Source of the DNA: a bacterium
Lineage (GTDB): Bacteria > Bacillota_I > Bacilli_A > RFN20 > CAG-826
DNA: 64,000 bases
Assembly (NCBI GenBank): GCA_963638555.1
Contig: CAVHQU010000001.1
Coordinates: 99,560-163,559 of the forward strand
Direction: 5' to 3'
Shown here: positions 35,531 to 46,021 of the stretch, piece after piece
Layout: every line of letters starts with the position of its first letter
How positions within the stretch are numbered: position 1 is the first letter of the stretch
Notes under the pieces: generated by a model
What the model saw: the letters and a program-made list of their open reading frames with translations, nothing else
What the model was told of the DNA's origin: nothing
Database searches by the model: none
Translations under genes and position numbers: made by a program

Positions 35531-36478
35531 ATGATTACTAACTTCACGCATTTTGTACCAGTAAAATTCCCTAATGGCGATAAAGCATATTACTTTGGAA
35601 CGACAGATTCCGAACTTGAAGAAGGAAACTACGTTATTGTAGATACAGTTTCTGGCTTTGAAATGGGCATCGTTACTTCCAAGCCGATGAGCATGGATAT
35701 GTACCGTTCCCAATTAGAACTTAAAGCAGTCATTCGCAAAGCAACTCCTGACGATCTTGAAGCATATGAAATGGCAAATATCCAAGCCGCTTCTTCTTTA
35801 AAAATCGCCGATCGTGAAGCTAAGAAACTGAATCTTGGTATGTCTTTCATTGATGCAAGATATTCTTTAGATGGAAGCAAAATCACTATCACCTACACCG
35901 CGGAAGGCCGCGTTGATTTTCGCGAACTCCTTAAAGTTTTAGCTGCTCAATTAAAATGCCGCATTGAACTTCGCCAAATCGCGCCAAGAGATAAAGCGAA
36001 AGCAGTCGGTGGAATGGGCATATGTGGTCTCCCATTATGCTGTTCAACATTTCTAACGTCCTTTGATGGAATATCTATTTCGAGAGCAAAGAATCAAATG
36101 CTCACCTTAAATATCCCAAAGCTTTCGGGACAATGCGGAAGGCTTAAATGTTGTCTGTTATACGAAGATGATATGTATACAGAAGCAAAAAAAGCATTCC
36201 CACATATTGGCGACAAAATAAAACTAGAAAATGGAGAATATTCCGTTGCTTCATTCAATGTCATGTCTCGTTCAATCAAAGTCACCACGGAAGATGATGT
36301 TCAGTTTATTAGCTTAGATGACTATAACAAAATAGCTCACCCATCGTTTAATAAGCAAAAAGATTTCCATCAAAGCAAGGGAAATAACAACAGTAACAGC
36401 TCTCAGCAAAGAGATAATAGTAAACGTCAGTTCCAAAACAACAATAATAAGAAGAAATTTAACAACAAAAATGCTTAA
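35531..36478 (+). CDS. ricT: PSP1-domain protein (YaaT/RicT family)
   Basis: 315 aa. The PSP1 core contains ..LKCRIELRQI..RD......G.CG..LCC..FL and the Cys cluster GQCGRLKCCL. Position after holB is conserved. Confidence 0.85.
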   Translation: MITNFTHFVPVKFPNGDKAYYFGTTDSELEEGNYVIVDTVSGFEMGIVTSKPMSMDMYRSQLELKAVIRKATPDDLEAYEMANIQAASSLKIADREAKKLNLGMSFIDARYSLDGSKITITYTAEGRVDFRELLKVLAAQLKCRIELRQIAPRDKAKAVGGMGICGLPLCCSTFLTSFDGISISRAKNQMLTLNIPKLSGQCGRLKCCLLYEDDMYTEAKKAFPHIGDKIKLENGEYSVASFNVMSRSIKVTTEDDVQFISLDDYNKIAHPSFNKQKDFHQSKGNNNSNSSQQRDNSKRQFQNNNNKKKFNNKNA

Positions 36479-37331
36479 ACGTGAATTAAACTTTGTAGGA
36501 AACACTCCTTTATTATATTTAATAGCAACCCCAATTGGTAACCTTGAGGAATTTTCTCCGCGTGCTTTAAGTGTTCTAAAAGAAATGGATTTTGTCGCAT
36601 GCGAAGATACAAGGAATTCAGGAATGTTACTAAAAAGATTCGGATTTGATCTCCCATTAATTTCCTGTCACGAACACAATGAAGAGAAAGCCACGGAAAA
36701 GATCCTTTCTTTAATGTCGGAAGGTAAAAAGATTGCTTATATGTCTGATGCGGGTTATCCAATCATCTCTGATCCTGGAGAAAGACTCGCAAGAAAAGTT
36801 ATTGAGGCAGGTTATAAAGTATCAGTTGTCAATGGTCCTAATGCCGGGTTATGCGCTTTGGTTGGGTCTGGAATTCCAAGTAAACATTTCTATTTTTATG
36901 GTTTCCTCGATAGCAAACCATCAGCAAGAAGAAAACAACTTGAATCCTTGAAGGATTTTAGAGATACGATTATCTTCTATGAATCGCCACATAGAATAAT
37001 GGATACATTAACAGATATGGCTAAAATTTTGGGCGGAGATAGACAAGCGTCTTTAGCAAGAGAATTAACAAAAACTCATGAAGAATATTTAAGGGGTAAC
37101 CTTCAAGAATTACTAGACGTACCCCCTGAATCGCTAATTGGGGAGATGGTAATTGTTATTGAAGGCGCAAAGGAAACAGCAAAAGAAATATCTGATGAAG
37201 ATATAGTTTCCTACCTTGAAGAAAGTCTTAAGCAATTAAAAAGCAAGGATGCAATAAAAGATGTTGCAGCAAACTACAACATCTCTAAAAATCGCGTTTA
37301 CGATATTTATTTAAAGAATTGGAAAAATTAA
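36471..37331 (+). CDS. rsmI: 16S rRNA (cytidine1402-2'-O)-methyltransferase
   Basis: 286 aa containing LYLIATPIGNLEEFSPRALSVLKEMDFVACEDTR.., the typical RsmI N-terminus. Confidence 0.92.
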   Translation: MLKRELNFVGNTPLLYLIATPIGNLEEFSPRALSVLKEMDFVACEDTRNSGMLLKRFGFDLPLISCHEHNEEKATEKILSLMSEGKKIAYMSDAGYPIISDPGERLARKVIEAGYKVSVVNGPNAGLCALVGSGIPSKHFYFYGFLDSKPSARRKQLESLKDFRDTIIFYESPHRIMDTLTDMAKILGGDRQASLARELTKTHEEYLRGNLQELLDVPPESLIGEMVIVIEGAKETAKEISDEDIVSYLEESLKQLKSKDAIKDVAANYNISKNRVYDIYLKNWKN

Positions 37332-40300
37332 GCCAATTCTTTTTTTCTTTTTCTTATTTGATAAATAAATCTACCAATCGTATAAGCGGAAACAATCAAA
37401 ACCGCACTTGAAGCAAGTATTGCTCCCTCTTTTAAGTATGGAGTTTGATATTTCATAACATAATCAGTCTGTCCAGCTGGTGCAACAAATCCAACAAAAC
37501 CACCATCTAGTTTATATGTCTTACACTCTTTTGATGAGCCACCTTCTAAAGTTGCATAAACTTTCCATCCAGCATCGTATCCCAATGTCGTGACAACAAG
37601 CTTTTGTGAAGAGAAATTGGATGAGAACGTTGCTTTGTTGGTTGAATATTTAGCGTTTGTTAAAGCATATTCAGAAGACTTATATTTATTATAAAAAGTT
37701 TCAACATCACTGCGGTTGGCAACATAAACGCCAAAGGTTGCAGGAATATGCGCTGCATCATTATCAACGCCACTTCCACTATAATCAGAAGGTTTAGCAT
37801 TCAAACATATATATTTAACCCTTCCTTTAGGGTAGAATCCATACACGTCTGCGCTAGATGCACCAGAAATCTTGCTTGAAGTATATGTAGTTAGAGTGTT
37901 GTAGTCATACGAAAGAATTTGATCGGTGTGTTCGACACCATTCTCATCAGTATAGTCTCCAATCATGAAAACTCTAGTCTTAGAATTAGAGCTCATATTG
38001 AACATCAAAGCTATATATGCGCCTGAATTATCAGTGTTGAAGTACTTATCACCATTTGATGGGGTGTACACGACAGTTTCATAATCAGGAACATAGGTGC
38101 TTATCGCTTGCTTAATTTCATCATAATGGTTTAAGAAATATGTTGGACCATATGTCTCCTTCGTAGATGTTGAATAGCCAAGGAAATTCAGATCAGTATG
38201 GCGATAAATAACCTTCTTTAAAGAGACTTTTGCTAGCAGCGAAGAACTCTCTGGCTTACTTGTGAATGTAAAGCCTAATTGATTTAATGAATCAACGTCT
38301 TCATCCTGAATGATAGCACCTGAAGTATAAACTTCCTCATTTCTATTTATTTCATTAAAAGTCGTACTAGCTGATGTAGCATTGTAGAAATCATCATAAT
38401 AAGTTGAATTTTCGACTTTATTTTGTTTATAGAGATAATCGACGGCGTGGCCAAAACTATTTTGATCAATCAAAGATGATTTATATATTCTCATCTTTGT
38501 TTTAGCGGACCCGTATACCAATTCTGAATCCCATGGCACATTATCCGAGTTCAAATATTTATTATATTTTTCGCTAGTTAAGCAATTTTCTAAATCACCA
38601 TACCCCTCACGCTTAACACCATAATATTTAATGTTAAATGCAGTATCGGCGCCTAAGCGTTTATTTCCATAGAAGGCAGACCATGATTTACGGTAATATG
38701 TTTGTCCATATGCGCTACCTTCGTATTCATGCCTATTCATATGAGAATACAAAGAAAGCTGGTTAACATCATAATTGAACAATGAATGGAAATTACTCGT
38801 CCCATTGAAGTTAAAAACTTCCTGAGCATTCTTCTCTGGCATTCCTTCAAGAGTTGCACGGAAATAAGAATCAGAATCGTTTGCATTGATTTGTTCAAAT
38901 GCTTCTGTGACGTTATCTCTATATTCAACTCCGCCATTCCATCCTGTATAGCTCCATGTTCCCATATATGCGAAGGAGATGTTGCCATAGATTATCGTCT
39001 CAACCATGGTGATTCCACCAAGTATCCTCAATAAGATTTCTTTTTTCTTAACCAAAAGAATCAGCAACCCAACAAGGGCATCCATCCCTAATTGGAAATA
39101 AACAATCCATAAAGTTGAATGACCAGAGACAACAGATGGGACACTATATTGAGTAACCCAATATGTTGTTAAGCTTGTTTCGAATGTCTTTCCCTTTAAA
39201 ACGACGATACAAAGAACCCATGTTAATGTTGCAAGTGCCAACGATAAAGCAGCACCTGAAATAGGCACCCATTTTGGCTCGTCTTTCAACCTATCAAACT
39301 CTTGAGCGGCATAATAGATAATAATTGGAATAAGTACAATATACCATCTTCCATATCCATCGCCAGTAAAGGCATAGAAAAAATAATATGCGAAATCCGT
39401 AAACACCAAATAAGCAATTAAAGCAAACGCGACAAGATGGGAAACTTTTTTCCTTCTGATTGAAGATATAAAGGCGATCCAGAACAAAATTATCATAGGC
39501 GTGTAGCAGAATAAAGACGCAACCCATGCGTCATATTGAATTCCGCCAGACGAAGTCATTCCACTCGCGATAGGCAAGGCAAGATAACCATACGTAGGAT
39601 AGAAGAAGCCAATCAAACCTTGTAATTCACGACCAGGGTGCTGGCCAACAAGTTCAAATAATCTTGAAAAGAGCGTTGGGAAATCTAAAGTTTTAATAGA
39701 TGTCTTCAACGAATTCCAATAAGCCATTCCAATGGAAATCGTTCTCCCCGATAAAGATGATTCTCTTAAAGACGGGAACAAAGACCATGAGCAAAGCATG
39801 ATTCCGCACGCAAAACCCATTACGCCAACTAACGGAACAAATATGTTGTCTTTCCAGTTTCGCCCTTTGATTGTCCAAAGGTATCTCCAGATAGCGTATA
39901 AAACGCCAAAGATGCAGACAACCACTAAGAAAAAGAAAGAAATAAGGCCCAAAACCGCCAACGATATTGATAACGTAAGAACCTTTTTCTCTTTAATAAC
40001 CTTTTCGATTCCTAATAATATGAAAGGAATCATAGCTGTTGAGGAAACGACAGATGGGAAGCCAACCATAAAGTTAAGATAGCCATTGAAAGCGAAGGCA
40101 ACCCCACCAAGTCTTGAAGCCCCCTCTGAACATCCTAAGTATTTCAGATAAGCCCTACAGCCTAAAGCGCCAACAACCCCTTTAAGAAATGTTGCAATGA
40201 CATATGTTTGAGGGATAATTGAACGAGGGAAGATATAGCAAATTATCAAGAATGGATCGAATAACCCATAATATGAATTTGAGCCAATATTGTCAGAGCC

Positions 40301-40618
40301 TAAATAAGTATCGGTAGAATACAGTTCAAACACGCCAGTTCTAAAAAACTTATGCCATGTGTCGTAAAAGGAATAAGTGAAGGTCACATATTGCCCAGTG
40401 TAATCTGTCCATGGATAAAATTGGGTAAAATAGTTGCTGACTAAAGAATAGGCACACCATAGCATGCCTAAAATAAAGATAATTAGGCCATAGTAAAAAA
40501 GAGAATATTTATCAAACAAAAAAGGAAGATGGGTTCTCATCCAAGTTGAGAAATGGTTATCTTTCTTTCTAAGTTCAGCTAATGAAACGTTGTTATTTTC
40601 GTTTGCTTCTCTTTCCAT
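37328..40618 (-). CDS. YfhO-family membrane protein (putative glycosyltransferase) with a large extracytoplasmic C-terminal region
   Basis: 1096 aa. The N-terminal half has many TM segments and a YfhO-like stretch LGSDNIGSNSYYGLFDPF. A single C-terminal TM anchor is present. Confidence 0.6.
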   Translation of the reverse strand: MEREANENNNVSLAELRKKDNHFSTWMRTHLPFLFDKYSLFYYGLIIFILGMLWCAYSLVSNYFTQFYPWTDYTGQYVTFTYSFYDTWHKFFRTGVFELYSTDTYLGSDNIGSNSYYGLFDPFLIICYIFPRSIIPQTYVIATFLKGVVGALGCRAYLKYLGCSEGASRLGGVAFAFNGYLNFMVGFPSVVSSTAMIPFILLGIEKVIKEKKVLTLSISLAVLGLISFFFLVVVCIFGVLYAIWRYLWTIKGRNWKDNIFVPLVGVMGFACGIMLCSWSLFPSLRESSLSGRTISIGMAYWNSLKTSIKTLDFPTLFSRLFELVGQHPGRELQGLIGFFYPTYGYLALPIASGMTSSGGIQYDAWVASLFCYTPMIILFWIAFISSIRRKKVSHLVAFALIAYLVFTDFAYYFFYAFTGDGYGRWYIVLIPIIIYYAAQEFDRLKDEPKWVPISGAALSLALATLTWVLCIVVLKGKTFETSLTTYWVTQYSVPSVVSGHSTLWIVYFQLGMDALVGLLILLVKKKEILLRILGGITMVETIIYGNISFAYMGTWSYTGWNGGVEYRDNVTEAFEQINANDSDSYFRATLEGMPEKNAQEVFNFNGTSNFHSLFNYDVNQLSLYSHMNRHEYEGSAYGQTYYRKSWSAFYGNKRLGADTAFNIKYYGVKREGYGDLENCLTSEKYNKYLNSDNVPWDSELVYGSAKTKMRIYKSSLIDQNSFGHAVDYLYKQNKVENSTYYDDFYNATSASTTFNEINRNEEVYTSGAIIQDEDVDSLNQLGFTFTSKPESSSLLAKVSLKKVIYRHTDLNFLGYSTSTKETYGPTYFLNHYDEIKQAISTYVPDYETVVYTPSNGDKYFNTDNSGAYIALMFNMSSNSKTRVFMIGDYTDENGVEHTDQILSYDYNTLTTYTSSKISGASSADVYGFYPKGRVKYICLNAKPSDYSGSGVDNDAAHIPATFGVYVANRSDVETFYNKYKSSEYALTNAKYSTNKATFSSNFSSQKLVVTTLGYDAGWKVYATLEGGSSKECKTYKLDGGFVGFVAPAGQTDYVMKYQTPYLKEGAILASSAVLIVSAYTIGRFIYQIRKRKKELA

Positions 40619-41651
40619 TATTCTTTGCTGTTCCCTTTCTGGATTTAACCTGGTTTTTGCCTAAAGCTTTGCCTTTAGCCTGTTTCTTATCAAGTTTAAA
40701 TTCAACATCTCCGTCAGTTGCCATCAATTTTTTAAATGCAGGCGGAATAGGGCAATTAAGTTTATATTCTTTGCCATTTAAAGGATTCTTGAAATCAAGT
40801 TCGTAAGCATGCAAGCCTAATCTCTTAATCGGGTTGGAAGGTTCGCCATAACGATCATCACCAATAATGTTATAGCCAATATGCCCTAATTGAACACGAA
40901 TCTGGTTTTTTCTGCCCGTCGAGATGTTAACATCAAGCAGGGCATATTTTTTATTCGAGGTTATCTTCTTGTAATCAGTTATACAAAGTTTGCCTTTTCT
41001 CTTATCTTTTGTAACGTACACGTTAAAAGTAACTTCATCGTTAACTAAATAATTCTCTAGATGACCTTTTTCAGGAATATCGGCAGGTTCAACGATGGCA
41101 TAATATCCACGTTTTTTAACGATATCTGACCAATTGTTTTGAAGAGCTTCCTTAACTTCAAATGATTTAGCGAAGATAAGAACGCCTGAGGTATCTTCAT
41201 CTAATCTATGAACGACAAAAATTCTTGCATTGCGATCTTTTTGGGTCATATAGTCATTAACTAAACGATATGCAGTCCTGCCTTTTTCTCTATCCGAAGC
41301 AATAGAAAGAAGGCCGCTTGGTTTATTGATAGCGATAATTTGGTCGTCTTCGTAAATTATAGGAAGGTCTTTTCTTTGATGTTTTGCTATGCGGCTATAG
41401 GAAAGAATAACTTCATCATCGGGATAAAGTTTGTATTTAAACAAAGAAACTGGTGCACCGCCTACTGCAACTTGGTGATTAGCGATGATTCTACAAATGT
41501 TATGCTGAGATTGGTTTGGAATCTTTTCTTTAAGGAAATCAAGCAAAACGGTTTCTTTCTTAACCGTGAATACTTTGGTCTTGTTTAAATCTATTAATCC
41601 CTTTTTTGCATCTTTTTTTGGTCTATGTGTTTTTCTATCATTCTTATTCAT
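40593..41651 (-). CDS. RluA-family pseudouridine synthase (RluD-like) with a basic C-terminal tail
   Basis: S4-like N-terminus, catalytic motif HRLDEDTSGV and a Lys-rich tail. Start placed at ATG 41651 (MNKNDRK...); the track start at 41669 is a TTG. Confidence 0.85.
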   Translation of the reverse strand: MNKNDRKTHRPKKDAKKGLIDLNKTKVFTVKKETVLLDFLKEKIPNQSQHNICRIIANHQVAVGGAPVSLFKYKLYPDDEVILSYSRIAKHQRKDLPIIYEDDQIIAINKPSGLLSIASDREKGRTAYRLVNDYMTQKDRNARIFVVHRLDEDTSGVLIFAKSFEVKEALQNNWSDIVKKRGYYAIVEPADIPEKGHLENYLVNDEVTFNVYVTKDKRKGKLCITDYKKITSNKKYALLDVNISTGRKNQIRVQLGHIGYNIIGDDRYGEPSNPIKRLGLHAYELDFKNPLNGKEYKLNCPIPPAFKKLMATDGDVEFKLDKKQAKGKALGKNQVKSRKGTAKNNGKRSKRK

Positions 41652-41701
41652 ACTTAAACATTCTATCAAAGTTTTACTTTGAAAGGTATTGCTATAAAGA
41701 T

Positions 41702-42562
41702 TTACTCTTCGTCATTCATTTTCAAAAGAGGCGAATATAAATCCGCTCTTCTATCACGATACACGCCCCATGAATAACGTTCTTTAGCAATGCTCTCAAG
41801 GTCTAATTCGACTACACGCATCCCCTCTTCTTCACGATTCATCTCCGTGAGAAAGTCTCCATGCTGATCAGCAACAAAGGATGATCCAAAGAATTTCATT
41901 GATGAATTTTTCGCCTCTTCGATACCAACTCTATTTGAAGCCAAAACAGGCATAATATTTGCAGCCGCATGACCCTTCATAACATTTTGCCAATGGGATT
42001 TCGAATCTTTATCGAGAACTGGCTCAGAACCAATTGCCGTTGGAAAAAGCAACATTTCAGCACCTTTAAGGGCTAAGATTCTTGCGGTTTCCGGGAACCA
42101 TTGATCCCAGCAAATTCCAACGCCTATTTTGCCAATGCTCGTTTTAAAAACCTTAAATCCAGTATCGCCAGGCGCGAAATAAAACTTTTCCTCATAGCAT
42201 TCACCCGTAGGTATATGCGATTTGCGATACAAACCAACTATCTCGCCATCTGAATCTATCATGACAAGAGAATTGTAAAAACTGTTGCCTTTCCTTTCAA
42301 AAAATGAAATTGGGAGGACCATATGTGTTTCTTTCGCCAATTCTTGAAAATGTTTTATCGTTTTCGAAGATGAAGTTTCCTCTGCTAAAAGGAAATTGTC
42401 ATAGTCTTCAATTTGACAAAAATAATGGCCTTCGAATAGTTCGGGTAATAGAACTAATTGGGCTCCCTCTTTTTTCGCTTCGCGAATCAAAGAATCCGCT
42501 TTAGCAATATTGTCCTCATAAATTTTAGACATTGAAAATTGAGTTATTGCAACCTTAATCAT
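41702..42562 (-). CDS. aguB: N-carbamoylputrescine amidase (nitrilase superfamily)
   Basis: 286 aa with the Glu-Lys-Cys triad context (..LPELF.., ..YRKSHIP.., ..GVGICWDQWFPE..). Lies directly downstream of the agmatine deiminase domain. Confidence 0.85.
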   Translation of the reverse strand: MIKVAITQFSMSKIYEDNIAKADSLIREAKKEGAQLVLLPELFEGHYFCQIEDYDNFLLAEETSSSKTIKHFQELAKETHMVLPISFFERKGNSFYNSLVMIDSDGEIVGLYRKSHIPTGECYEEKFYFAPGDTGFKVFKTSIGKIGVGICWDQWFPETARILALKGAEMLLFPTAIGSEPVLDKDSKSHWQNVMKGHAAANIMPVLASNRVGIEEAKNSSMKFFGSSFVADQHGDFLTEMNREEEGMRVVELDLESIAKERYSWGVYRDRRADLYSPLLKMNDEE

Positions 42563-42563
42563 A

Positions 42564-45179
42564 TTATTTCTCCTTTGGCATTTGCATCGTTATGCAGTGG
42601 ATATTTCCTCCACCAAGCAATATTTCGTAAGTATTAATTTGATGAATCTCTTTGTCTGGATAAAGTTCTTTCATTATTTTATATGCTGCTTCATCTTCCT
42701 TTACTCCAAAGGCAGGCATAATAATAAAATCTTTGCCTTGATAATAATTAACATATGACGCGGCTAATCTTCTTCCGTTTTCTCTTTTATCAAGTGTCGT
42801 CTCATCGATATGAAGACCGTCTACTTCTTCTTGAGTTAAATACATCGGCTTAGGCAAAGGGAGTTTATGTATGACAAGTTTCCTTCCTTTAGCATCGTTT
42901 GCTTCGCATAAAGCCTTATATGTTTGCTGACAAAACTTATATTGAGGATCTTTTTTATCTTCCGTCCAGGCCATTACGACTTCTCCAGGTTTGATAAACG
43001 AAACCATATTATCGATGTGTTCATTAGTTTCATCTTGATAAATTCCATGCGGTACCCAGATGATTTTCTCAACGGCTAAATAGTCACGAAGAATCTCTTC
43101 AATTTCTTCTTTTTGATAATATGGGTTACGTCCTTTTGAAAGAAGACATGCTTCAGTCGTAATTAAGGTTCCTTCGCCATCGATAGCAATTGAGCCCCCT
43201 TCAAGCACAAAAGAAGGCAAATAATAAGACAAAAGTTTCAGTTTCTTTGAAACCAAAGATCCAAGGTTATCATCATCCTGATAATCAGAATAAAGCCCAT
43301 CAATCTTGCCACCCCATGCATTAAAACGGAAATCAACCGTCCTAAGGGTTTCGCCATTGCTAACAAACAGAGGCATATTATCCCTTGCCCACGCATCATT
43401 ATAACGAAGTTTCATAGTCGAGACGTTTTCCATTTGATTAAGTCTATCGACAACTTTTTTGCTGATGGATTGATTAATGCCTACGATGACAGGTTCATGC
43501 TTGGCTATGGCTTTGATAACCTCGATAAAGTTTTCTTGGCCAGGCTTGGCTTTGTTTCTCCACGTGTCTAATCTTGAAGGCATAAGAATGAATGTAGCTT
43601 TGTGTTCATCTCCCTCAAAAGGAAAATGAAAGCCGTCAGATGCGACTGTGGTTATTTTGTTTTTGTAATAGTCTTCTAAATTCTTTTGATAAAAGGAGAA
43701 TCTTCTCCATTTTTTCGTATCAATGACTTCATACTTCCCTTGATAAGAAGAGAGAAGTTTAGTATGCGTCTCTTTAGAATTTTGAAAATCTTTAACCTGC
43801 TCAACAAGTTCTTTAGACCAAACCTCACCAGGAGCAATAAGAGGGATTCCAGGTGGATACATCATAATTTGTTCCTTAGAAACTTCGCCTTCACAGTCTT
43901 CAATTTTTACTAATTTACCAGGGGCGTTGAACGAAACACGAGGTCTAACAAGTTGGAAAGGAGTTGAAGAATCGTAATGAGCCTTCTTGCGCGTGTGCTT
44001 CACGTTGTAATGATTTTTAGAAATGTCCTTTAAGGCATTTATCAGTTTGTCAACATGTTTCTTCTTTGTGCCAATCGACAAGATTGCCAAAACTTCATTT
44101 GGTTCAGCAAGTTCCATCTGAACTTCATATTTTTCTTTTAAAAGATGGTAAAGTTCAAAACCGTCTAAATCTAAATGGTCAAGTCCAATGACGAGTTTTG
44201 TTTCATCGTAATCATATGCGCCATGAGCAAGGAAATGATTCTTGTCTTCATTGATAAAACCAGGAATTTTCTCAATCTTTCTTCTGACATATTCAGCAAG
44301 TTCATATACGTTATCCATTGCGGCCTTGCCTTCAGGCGAAGCCATATATGAACGCGCCCCATCAATCGAAGCGATAAGTAATCCAGATGGCGAAGTTGAA
44401 TTAATGATGTTCAAAGAGCGTTGAACATCTTCTCTTGTATAACGGTCTCCTTTTAACAAAAGAACCGAAGATTGTGTTAACGAACCATTTGTCTTATGAA
44501 AAGAGACAGCAGACATATCAGCACCTGCATCCATTGCGGTCATTAACGATTTATTAGCGTGGAAATAGTAATGGGCGCCATGGGCCTCATCAACTAGAAC
44601 GGCCATATGATGAGCGTGAGCAAAATCCACCACTTCTTTAAGGTTAGTTACAGCGCCAAAATACGTTGGGTTAATGATGAAAACTGCTTTAGCCGAAGGA
44701 TTGCGAAGAATTGCTTTTTTCCATTGATCAATTGATGGTTGATTAGCAATTCCTAAATCCAAATCAATTTCAGGCATGACGTATGCTGGTCTAGCACCAG
44801 AAAGTATCAAAGCGTTAACAACAGATTTATGAATGTTTCTTGGAAGAATGATTTTCTCATTTGCCTTAACGGCAGTAAGAATCATGGCAATAATGCCAGA
44901 AGAGGTCCCATTAACCAAGAAAAAAGCTTCATCGGCATTACAGGCCTCAGCTAAATATTGAGCAGACTCTTTTATTACTCCATTAGGGTTCCCTAATGTG
45001 TCAAGCCCTATTGGAGAGTTTACATCCAAATGATATATTTCTTGGCCTAAAAGCTCAGTTGCTTTGTTCTTGATGTTGCCCATATGGTGTCCAGGTACAT
45101 CAAAAGGAGCAACATCATCTTTAATATAGTTACTTAATGCATCAATATAAGGCGTTTTGCTTTGATCTAGTTTTTTCAT
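42564..45179 (-). CDS. bifunctional arginine (Orn/Lys/Arg-type) decarboxylase / agmatine deiminase fusion protein
   Basis: Single 871-aa ORF. The N-terminal ~490 aa are a PLP decarboxylase (SFHKTNGSLTQSS lysine motif). The C-terminal ~350 aa are agmatine deiminase (AWARDNMP, EGGSIAIDGEGTLITTEACLLSKGRNP, GGGNIHCITMQMP). Confidence 0.85.
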   Translation of the reverse strand: MKKLDQSKTPYIDALSNYIKDDVAPFDVPGHHMGNIKNKATELLGQEIYHLDVNSPIGLDTLGNPNGVIKESAQYLAEACNADEAFFLVNGTSSGIIAMILTAVKANEKIILPRNIHKSVVNALILSGARPAYVMPEIDLDLGIANQPSIDQWKKAILRNPSAKAVFIINPTYFGAVTNLKEVVDFAHAHHMAVLVDEAHGAHYYFHANKSLMTAMDAGADMSAVSFHKTNGSLTQSSVLLLKGDRYTREDVQRSLNIINSTSPSGLLIASIDGARSYMASPEGKAAMDNVYELAEYVRRKIEKIPGFINEDKNHFLAHGAYDYDETKLVIGLDHLDLDGFELYHLLKEKYEVQMELAEPNEVLAILSIGTKKKHVDKLINALKDISKNHYNVKHTRKKAHYDSSTPFQLVRPRVSFNAPGKLVKIEDCEGEVSKEQIMMYPPGIPLIAPGEVWSKELVEQVKDFQNSKETHTKLLSSYQGKYEVIDTKKWRRFSFYQKNLEDYYKNKITTVASDGFHFPFEGDEHKATFILMPSRLDTWRNKAKPGQENFIEVIKAIAKHEPVIVGINQSISKKVVDRLNQMENVSTMKLRYNDAWARDNMPLFVSNGETLRTVDFRFNAWGGKIDGLYSDYQDDDNLGSLVSKKLKLLSYYLPSFVLEGGSIAIDGEGTLITTEACLLSKGRNPYYQKEEIEEILRDYLAVEKIIWVPHGIYQDETNEHIDNMVSFIKPGEVVMAWTEDKKDPQYKFCQQTYKALCEANDAKGRKLVIHKLPLPKPMYLTQEEVDGLHIDETTLDKRENGRRLAASYVNYYQGKDFIIMPAFGVKEDEAAYKIMKELYPDKEIHQINTYEILLGGGNIHCITMQMPKEK

Positions 45180-45223
45180 GGGAAAATGATACTACTATCT
45201 ATAAAAGATAGTACATAAATTTC

Positions 45224-46021
45224 TCATTTAAGAAAATTGTCGTCATCAATTATCTTATCAATAGCGTGTGCCACACCCGAATTCCACACTTCATCAGTCA
45301 CATAATAGGCAGCAGCCTTTACTTCATCTCTGCCATTTCCTAAGGCAATGAAATATTTAACATGTTCAGCCATACTTAAATCTTGATAGTCATCGCCAAA
45401 AGCGATGGCTTCGTCTTTTGAAAAACCATAGTGGTCAAGAACTACTTTTATGAGTTTTCCTTTTTCATGTTCAAAAGGAGTTACATCAACTGAAGTTGGG
45501 GCGTATCTCCAATACCTAAGATTAGGGAATTCCTTGATGAAAAGTTCGTCTAGCGAATCATTGCAGTAAAAATTAATTCCTTCAACGTCTTCTCCTTCGT
45601 ATGGCCGAATTCCAGGAACATATTCTTTAAAATGTTCAAAATGTTCTTCGGCATCTTTAGTTAATGGGGCGATTAACTTTCTGTCCTTTAATTCTACAAG
45701 TTCTAAGGTTGCATGATTTTCTAATGCTAATTTGATAAATTTTTCGACATCTTCTTTTTCTATTTTACTCGTAAAAAGATATTGGCCATCCGCAAAGCAA
45801 TATCCGCCAGCAGAAGCAATGTATCCGTCCCAATCAATTCCTAATTTGAAAGCGCCTAACCATTCAAAAGAGCAATACGGTCTGGCCGTACAAATAAATA
45901 CTTTTACGCCCAAACTTTTTAGTTTCTTTATTGCCTCAACGGATTTTTCATCCCATTTATCATCTTTGTGGTTATAAAGAGTCCAATCTAAATCAAAAAA
46001 TGCAGCCTTAATTCTTTTCAT
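45224..46021 (-). CDS. Cof-type HAD-IIB hydrolase
   Basis: 265 aa with FFDLDWTLY (motif I), CTARP and GDDYQDLSM (motif IV). Confidence 0.8.
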   Translation of the reverse strand: MKRIKAAFFDLDWTLYNHKDDKWDEKSVEAIKKLKSLGVKVFICTARPYCSFEWLGAFKLGIDWDGYIASAGGYCFADGQYLFTSKIEKEDVEKFIKLALENHATLELVELKDRKLIAPLTKDAEEHFEHFKEYVPGIRPYEGEDVEGINFYCNDSLDELFIKEFPNLRYWRYAPTSVDVTPFEHEKGKLIKVVLDHYGFSKDEAIAFGDDYQDLSMAEHVKYFIALGNGRDEVKAAAYYVTDEVWNSGVAHAIDKIIDDDNFLK

